Source of the DNA: Bacillota bacterium
GTDB taxonomy: Bacteria > Bacillota > Sulfobacillia > JAJYWN01 > JAJZPE01
Assembly: GCA_036504675.1 (NCBI GenBank)
Contig: DASXUT010000147.1
Location: forward strand, 10,545-74,544
Direction: 5' to 3'
DNA length: 64,000 nt
Part shown: positions 56,768-64,000 of the stretch, in pieces
Numbering within the stretch: the stretch's first letter is position 1
How the letters are laid out: each line of letters starts with the position of its first letter
Notes under the pieces: generated by a model
Seen by the model: only the letters and a program-made list of their open reading frames with translations
The model's database searches: none
What the model was told of the DNA's origin: nothing
Position numbers and translations under genes: made by a program

Positions 56768-57841
56768 CTATTCCAAAAGGCGTCCTCGCTGGATGACCAT
56801 CCGGCCGTCGAAGTAGACGTCGGGTCCCGGGATGATGAAGTCTTCGTGCAGATCGGCCGGGGTGACCCCGCCGAGGTGGCTCGAGTCGCCGATGGCGATG
56901 TGGATGGTCCCCCGAATCTTCTCCGCCTCGAGGACGTTGTCCGGCGTCCGGGCGTTCGGGTTGGTCCCGATGCCGAGCTCGGCGCAGTTCCGCCGGGCCC
57001 GCACGGCCGGGCTGGGGATCCCGACCTCCCCGCCGGCCGTCAGCTCCAGCACCTTGGCCAGGGAGGCCCCGACTTCCCCGCCCCCGGAGAGCCGCTCGAC
57101 CTGGCCGCCGGAGAACTCCAGGACGAGGTCTTCAGTGAGGCCGGGGTACCAGCCTCGGCCGACAACCAGACGGCCGGCCGCCGTCCCCTCGACCGGGGCG
57201 GCGAAGGCCTCTCCGGCCGGCAGGTTCCCCCAGGCCCCAGGCAGGCCGAGGAAGCCGTCGTCGGAGCCGCCTTGACGGCCCTCCAGCGAGAAGCTCAGGT
57301 CGGTTCCGGCCGGGCTGGTCACCCGAACCTGGTTAGCCTTCGTCATTAACTCGGCCAGATGCCTGGTCTCCGCCCGGACGGCGGCGTGGTCGACGGCCAT
57401 CGGGCCGCCTGGCTTGAACATCGCCGCCGTGATCCCAGGCATGCTGGCTATCCGCGCCCCGGCCCGGGCTGCCTTGGCCGTCGCCTCGGTGTGGGTCAGG
57501 GAGTAGGTCGTCATCGCCAAGACCACCTGGACCTCCCTCATCCGCTCGGCAATTTCGTTCGGCACCTCGGTCCCGTGCTGTCCGACCGACGGGTAGGGGA
57601 GGAAGTCCACGTTCGCCTTGGGGAAGGCGGCACGGGAAAGATCTGCCACCGCCCGGGCTAGGACCACGCGGTCGAAGAAGTCGCGGGTCCGCCCGGCGTC
57701 CAGGTGGGCCACCTCGGCAGCCGAGGGGATGTCGACCAGGACGACGACCTTCTCGCCGTCCTTCAGACCCGTGTTGTCGCGGAGCATCGCCGCCACGGCG
57801 GGAGCCAGCACGGTGCGGTCATCTTCAGGTTCATGTGGCAA
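56768..57841 (-). CDS. M29-like metallopeptidase family protein, copy 2
   Basis: 357 aa, paralogous to 55706..56752 (IHIAIGDS / HTDG-like blocks). Confidence 0.5.
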   Translation of the reverse strand: MPHEPEDDRTVLAPAVAAMLRDNTGLKDGEKVVVLVDIPSAAEVAHLDAGRTRDFFDRVVLARAVADLSRAAFPKANVDFLPYPSVGQHGTEVPNEIAERMREVQVVLAMTTYSLTHTEATAKAARAGARIASMPGITAAMFKPGGPMAVDHAAVRAETRHLAELMTKANQVRVTSPAGTDLSFSLEGRQGGSDDGFLGLPGAWGNLPAGEAFAAPVEGTAAGRLVVGRGWYPGLTEDLVLEFSGGQVERLSGGGEVGASLAKVLELTAGGEVGIPSPAVRARRNCAELGIGTNPNARTPDNVLEAEKIRGTIHIAIGDSSHLGGVTPADLHEDFIIPGPDVYFDGRMVIQRGRLLE

Positions 57842-57890
57842 GACGGTTCACCTCCGAAGTTTTCCGACGGTCGGCCGGAGATCGCCGGAC

Positions 57891-58592
57891 TCAGCACTCC
57901 TCGACGCGGGCGTAGACCCCCACTTTGCTGTGTCGGAGGCCAAGGTCGAAGAGCATCTGCAGGGTCTTCAGGGCGGCCGCGGCCGGCTCGACCACCGGCA
58001 CCCCGAGTTCCTTGCGGATGCTTTCGGCCAACAGGGCCATGCCCGTGCAGCCGAGGACGATCACTTCGGCCCCGTCCCGTTCGATGGCCATCCGGGCGGC
58101 GGCGATGATCTCCCGAGAGGTGCCCTCAGGGTCGCTGTTCAACTGCAGCACGGGGATCTCGACGCCTATCGCCGAGGCCATCCGGCTCTCCAGCCCCAGG
58201 GCGCGGGCCTGCCGTTCCACCCAGGGACCGGTGTTCTTGAAGGTGGAGATGACCGAGAACTTGTGCCCCAGGGTCGTGGCCAGGAGCATGGAGGCTTCAG
58301 CCGGTCCGACGACCGGAATCTCGACCAGTTCCCTGGCCGCCTCGACGGCGGGATCGGCGAAGCAGTTGACCACGATCCCGTCGTAGCGGTCCCGGTTGGC
58401 AATTACCAGTTCGATGACCCCGGGGCCGCTGAAGGCCTCATCGAAGAGGGTTTCCACCGAGGCCGGGCCGGTCGTCAGGACGGCGTTATCGATCTGCATC
58501 CCGGAATCGGCGGCAAGCTCCTTAAAGTACCGGCCGGAGGTCTCGCCGAGACTGGCACCGGTGACGGGATTGATGACGAGGACCTTCTTCAC
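57891..58592 (-). CDS. Asp/Glu/hydantoin racemase family protein, copy 1 (GTG start; GTGA overlap with upstream stop)
   Basis: VLGCTGMALLAESI motif; GGAAGGTGGGAAG SD before GTG 58592; track ORF upstream extension overlaps next gene. Confidence 0.75.
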   Translation of the reverse strand: MKKVLVINPVTGASLGETSGRYFKELAADSGMQIDNAVLTTGPASVETLFDEAFSGPGVIELVIANRDRYDGIVVNCFADPAVEAARELVEIPVVGPAEASMLLATTLGHKFSVISTFKNTGPWVERQARALGLESRMASAIGVEIPVLQLNSDPEGTSREIIAAARMAIERDGAEVIVLGCTGMALLAESIRKELGVPVVEPAAAALKTLQMLFDLGLRHSKVGVYARVEEC

Positions 58593-59353
58593 TCCGCTTC
58601 CCACCTTCCGGACAAGGCGTAGCCCGAAATCTTGGCCGTTTCGGGACGCCGGTAGAGGGCCGCCCGACTGTGGCTCAGGCCGAGGTCGATGGCCGTCTCG
58701 ACGAACTTCAGGGCGGCCGCGGCCGGCTCGACCACCGGGACGTCCAGCTCTTTTTGGATGCTCTCGGCCAGGGTGGCCATCCCCGTGCAGCCGAGGACGA
58801 TGACCTCCGCCCCGTCCCGGTCCCTGGCCAAGCGGGCCTGGCGGACGGCCACTTCGACCGTCCGTTCGGGCTTCGAGAGCAGGTCCAGAACTGGGATCCC
58901 CAGCTCGATCACTGAAGCCAGGCGATCCTGCAAGCCAAGGACCCGGGCCTGGGTGTAGTGGCGTCCAGCCAGACTCCGCTTCACCGTAAGGACCGCGAAG
59001 GAGTGCCCAAGCAGACAGGCGAGGAGCATCGCGCTCTCGCCGGGGCCGCCGATGGGCAGGTCGACGGCTTCGCGGGCGGCGATGACCCCCGGATCGAGGA
59101 AGCAATTGACCAACATGCCGTCGCAATCCGGGGCGCCCTCGAGGACCCGCCGCAGGACCCGGGGGATAGCCAGCGTCTCGTAATACGCCCCCTCCAGCGA
59201 GCTCGGCCCGCCCTCCAAGCTGACTACGTCAATGACCGTCCCGGCTCGCGCCTGACGGCGAAAATAGGCCCCGTCCGAGTCGTCCCAGAAGTCCGTACCG
59301 ACCGGGTTGATGACCATGATCCGGCGGCGGCGCGGCCCGCTCTCAGCGATCAT
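58589..59353 (-). CDS. Asp/Glu/hydantoin racemase family protein, copy 2
   Basis: VLGCTGMATLAESI; paralog of copy 1. Confidence 0.75.
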   Translation of the reverse strand: MIAESGPRRRRIMVINPVGTDFWDDSDGAYFRRQARAGTVIDVVSLEGGPSSLEGAYYETLAIPRVLRRVLEGAPDCDGMLVNCFLDPGVIAAREAVDLPIGGPGESAMLLACLLGHSFAVLTVKRSLAGRHYTQARVLGLQDRLASVIELGIPVLDLLSKPERTVEVAVRQARLARDRDGAEVIVLGCTGMATLAESIQKELDVPVVEPAAAALKFVETAIDLGLSHSRAALYRRPETAKISGYALSGRWEAE

Positions 59354-60486
59354 CAAGGCTTACCTCCTTGCCGCCCGTACTTCTCCTGCACCGGGCGCCA
59401 GTCGTAGTCGAAGCCGAAGAACCGTGGCACCAGAATGTCCAGGCCGCGGGGGGTTAGCCACTCGGCGGGGGCCGGGAAGGCCAGCACGGAGACGGCCATC
59501 CCCCGCTCCGCCCGGGGATTGTTGATCGGCCGTGCCGTCTCCGTCTCGAGGACGCAGATGAGGTCCGGCGCGGTGACGTCGACCTCCTCGTCCCGCCAAC
59601 CGATGATGTTCTCGTTCTTATACCAGATGCGATAGGCACTGCCGGCGCAGTCACCGGTGCCGTCGAGGCGCATCTCGCCGTAGAGGAATCCCTCGCGGTC
59701 CTCCCATTGCGGGTCGGCGGCCAGGGTTCCGGTGAAGACCCGGTAGCCGCGACCGGCGGCGAGGATGGCCGGAAACGGGTCCTGTCCAGCTTCCTGGGCC
59801 AGGCGCTTGGCCCGACCGACGCTCTCGGCGTAGGTCAGGGCGCCCTTGATAACCGCTCCCCGCTTGAGGTCCCTGGCCCGGGTCGGGTGGTCGACCGTGG
59901 CGACCATCCCGCCGCTCACCACGGCGACCGACCGGACCAGGTCCTCGGCCCGGAAGTCGTCGACCACTTTCCCGAGGACCATCGTCTCTCCGAAGCGGGT
60001 GGCCAGGGCCAGCGGGTCGATGGGCAGGCCGCCGACGTAGTAGGTGGAGAACTGCAGATCGGGCACGGCCCGTCCGGCCGCGTCGGCGTCGACGGCGGGG
60101 ATCCCGGCCCGGGCGGCGACGGCCAGGGCCACCGCCGTGTTCAGCCCGCCGTACTCGATGGAGACAGTGGCCGCCACCTTCTCTCCGAGATGCCGCTCCA
60201 AGGCCCGCAAGGCGAGATAGGCCTCGGGCTCGGGGGTCCGCGGAAGTCTGGCGAAGCGGGCTTCCCGCTCCGGCGGCACCGGGGCGGTCGAACCTGTGAA
60301 ATAGGGTGAGCAGGTCAAGACGCCGTCGTCCAGTTCGTCGAGGCCGATGAGGCGGAACTTGTGGCCTGCGTCGAATTCGGCCTTCACCAAGGCCAAACCC
60401 CAGGCCGGGTCACCACCGCCGCCGGTGCCCAGGATGGTACACCCCTGGAGGATGTCCTGGATCGCCTGATAACTCAGTTCCCTCAC
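59353..60486 (-). CDS. DUF917-like protein (GTGGGG glycine-rich motif), copy 1
   Basis: 377 aa; ILGTGGGGDPAWG; paralog of next gene; family typically neighbours hydantoin-type racemases. Confidence 0.5.
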   Translation of the reverse strand: MRELSYQAIQDILQGCTILGTGGGGDPAWGLALVKAEFDAGHKFRLIGLDELDDGVLTCSPYFTGSTAPVPPEREARFARLPRTPEPEAYLALRALERHLGEKVAATVSIEYGGLNTAVALAVAARAGIPAVDADAAGRAVPDLQFSTYYVGGLPIDPLALATRFGETMVLGKVVDDFRAEDLVRSVAVVSGGMVATVDHPTRARDLKRGAVIKGALTYAESVGRAKRLAQEAGQDPFPAILAAGRGYRVFTGTLAADPQWEDREGFLYGEMRLDGTGDCAGSAYRIWYKNENIIGWRDEEVDVTAPDLICVLETETARPINNPRAERGMAVSVLAFPAPAEWLTPRGLDILVPRFFGFDYDWRPVQEKYGRQGGKP

Positions 60487-61620
60487 GCCGACCGGCCCCT
60501 CCTTTCGATCGGCACATAGGGACTGCTCACTCCGGCGTAGGCCGGGCCGAACAGTTCCAGTCCCCGCGGCGTTCTCCAGGCCGCCGGGGCCGGGAAGCCA
60601 ATCACCGTAACGGCCTGGCCTTCGCGCGCCCCGGGGTTGATCACCGGGTCACCGGTCTGGCCGTCTAGGACGACGATGAGGTCCGGCACGGTGACGTCCA
60701 CCGCCCCGTCCCGCCAGGCTGCCATGTGCTCGTTCTTATAGCTGATCCGGTAGGCCGAACCGGAGTCCGGACCGGAGCCTCTGATCTCGATCTCACCGAG
60801 GGTGAACCCGGCCTCGTCTTTCCACCAGGCCCGGGTGATCGTCCCGCAGAAGAGGTGGAAACCCTCACCCGCCTGCCGGACGGCCTCGGCCGCTTCTGTC
60901 CCGCCGGTCCCGGCGCTCTTCGCCCGGCGAAGGGCGGCGCCGATCTTCTCGGCCCGGCTTATCGCTCCCTCGATGACCTTGCCCGGCAGTTCTCTGGCCG
61001 GGAGCGGATGGTCGGCCACCCCGATCTTGTTCTGGCTGGCTACGGCCATCGCCCGGACCAACGCTTCGGCCCGGAAGTCGTTGACCACCCGGGTCAGGAC
61101 GGCGGCATCGCCGAACTGGTTAGCCAGGCCCATCGGGGCGATGGAGACTCCGTTGATGAAGAAGGTCGAATGGATGAGTTCCGGCACTGAGCGCCCGGCG
61201 GGGTCGCCATCGACCACCGGGACGCCGAGATTGGCCGCGCTGGTCAGGGCGCTGGCCGTGTTACCTCCGCCAAGCTCGGTTGAGATCACCGCCCCAATCT
61301 CTTTTCCCAGGTACGCGGCAAGGGCCCGGGCGGCGATGATCGACTCCAGCTCATTAACCCGGGGCAAACCCTCATAGGCAGCAACCTGTTCCGGCGTCAG
61401 GGGCGAGATCGAACCGGCGAAGTAGGGGGATACGACTAGGACGTCGCCGGGGAGTTCGTCCGCCGAGGCTAGCCGGACCACCTTCCCCGCAACCGCGTCG
61501 GCTCGGATCATCTTCAGCCCCGTTTCCAGGCTTCCGCCGCCGCCGGTCCCCAAGATGGCACAACCTACCAGGATGTCCTCGATCTCTTCCAGAATCAGTT
61601 CACGCACGACTCTTCCTCCT

Positions 61621-61634
<14 letters not shown>
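60483..61634 (-). CDS. DUF917-like protein, copy 2
   Basis: 383 aa; ILGTGGGGSLETG. Confidence 0.5.
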
Positions 61635-62633
<999 letters not shown>

Positions 62634-62658
<25 letters not shown>

Positions 62659-63644
62659 GCCGCGAAGTGATCGGGCCCAACCGCGGTCAGGGCCGGACGC
62701 TCGGTCCGGCAGGAATCCGCGGCCTGCGGGCAGCGCGGCTGGAAATGGCAGCCCGGTTCGGGGCGGGTGATCGCCGGTACCGTCCCCTCGATCACCGGGA
62801 GGGTATCCCGCCTCTCCCCCAGGCGTGGGATGGCTTTCAGGAGCAGGTCAGTGTACGGGTGGGCCGGCCGCCTGAAGATCTGCAGGGTCGGCCCGAGTTC
62901 GACGACATTCCCGGCATACATCACCGCCACCCGGTCGGAGACCTTGGCCACCACCCCGAGGTTATGGGTGATGAAGACGATCGAGGCGTTGATCTGCGCC
63001 CTCAATTCGCCGATCAGCCGAAGGATCTGGGCCTGGATGGTCACGTCGAGGGCCGTTGTCGGCTCGTCGGCCAGGAGGAGGTCCGGGTTCGAGGAGAGGG
63101 CCATGGCGATCATCACCCGTTGCCGCATCCCGCCGCTCAACTCGTGCGGGTAGTTCCCGAGGATCTTCTCCGGGTCGGGCAGCCGGACCAGGTTGAGCAT
63201 ATCCAGCGCGCGCTGCCGGGCGGCCCGCCAGGGGACCTTCGCGTGCTGGGCAATCACCCGGGTCAGGGGTTCGCCCACCGCGAAGACCGGGTTCAGCGAG
63301 GACATTGGGTCCTGGAAGATCATCGTGATCTGGTGACCACGGATCTCTCGCATCTCGGCCTCGGTACGCCGCAGGAGGTCCTGCCCCTTAAAAATGATCT
63401 CGCCCGACTCGATCTGCACCTTCTTCTCCGGCAGGAGACGGAGGATTGATAGGGCGGTGACGCTCTTCCCTGAACCGGTCTCGCCGACCAAGCCGAAGAT
63501 CTCCCCGCGGCGGATGTCCAGGCGGCCGATGTCCACCGCCCGGACGTTCCCGCCGAAGGTGCGGAAGGTCACGACCAGGTTTCGGATCTCCAGGATGGGC
63601 TCCCGGTGGGGGATCGGTCCAGCGCTTAAGTCGATCGCCCCCAT
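62634..63644 (-). CDS. oppD: oligopeptide/dipeptide ABC transporter ATP-binding protein (OppD/DppD type)
   Basis: GETGSGKS, LSGGMRQR, C-terminal CHFQPRCPQAADSC. Confidence 0.85.
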
Positions 63645-63645
63645 G

Positions 63646-64000
63646 TTACACTTCCCTCGTCTTCGGGTCGAGGATTTCGCGCAGTCCGTCGCCGACGAAG
63701 TTGAAGCCCAGCACGGTGAGGAAGATTGCCAACCCAGGGAAGGTGACGTACCACCAATTGGTCATGAAGAAGTTGCGCCCGATGCTGACCGTGAGCCCCC
63801 ACTCCGGCTGCGGTGGTTGCGCCCCCAGGCCGAGGAAGCTCAACGAGGCCGCCTCGAGGATGATCGAACCAAAATCCATCGAGGCCTGGACAATGATCGG
63901 GGCGATGGCGTTGGGTAGAACATGACGAAAAATAATCTTGATGGGTGAGACCCCCGTGGCCCGGGCCGCCTCGACGAACCCCCGCTCCCGGAGGGCGATC
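63646..64000 (-). CDS. oppC: partial CDS: C-terminal part of OppC/DppC-type ABC permease (continues beyond window end)
   Basis: ...NAIAPIIVQASMDFGSIILEAASLSFLGLGAQPP...; in-frame upstream of track ORF to window edge. Confidence 0.75.
   Translation of the reverse strand, partial: IALRERGFVEAARATGVSPIKIIFRHVLPNAIAPIIVQASMDFGSIILEAASLSFLGLGAQPPQPEWGLTVSIGRNFFMTNWWYVTFPGLAIFLTVLGFNFVGDGLREILDPKTREV

Overview
Very GC-rich (about 70%) bacterial chromosomal window in which every gene I can support lies on the minus strand. GC3 bias is extreme and was used to separate real genes from the many long antisense ORFs in the supplied track. Content, in minus-strand transcription order (high to low coordinates): (1) start of an Opp/Dpp-type peptide ABC transporter (oppC partial, oppD, oppF) followed by a tightly overlapping catabolic cluster with duplicated genes (2x DUF917-like, 2x Asp/Glu/hydantoin racemase, 2x M29-like aminopeptidase, nitroreductase, small ORF). 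(2) An IS1634-family DDE transposase. (3) A small accessory stretch: SatD-like + membrane protein pair, UPF0316 protein, peptidoglycan-binding-repeat protein, GNAT-thioredoxin-like fusion, 7-bladed DGGxxW propeller lipoprotein. (4) An operon with amidohydrolase, GNAT, MoaD/ThiS-like carrier, tungsten-type aldehyde:ferredoxin oxidoreductase, FAH-family hydrolase, MFS transporter and a YlbF-like regulator. (5) An 11-gene nuoA-D,H-N complex I operon without nuoEFG. (6) A winged-helix regulator with its own sigma-A-type promoter, a GNAT gene and an endonuclease III-like gene. (7) A complete Bacillus-type flagellar structural operon (flgB ... fliA-sigma28 ... FapA/DUF342) whose 5' leader carries a class-I c-di-GMP riboswitch (GEMM) with an intrinsic-terminator expression platform; the same operon encodes a YcgR-like PilZ protein. 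Gene order (fla operon like B. subtilis, 11-subunit nuo, AOR) suggests a high-GC Firmicutes-like lineage (inference only). No rRNA, tRNA or CRISPR array was seen.
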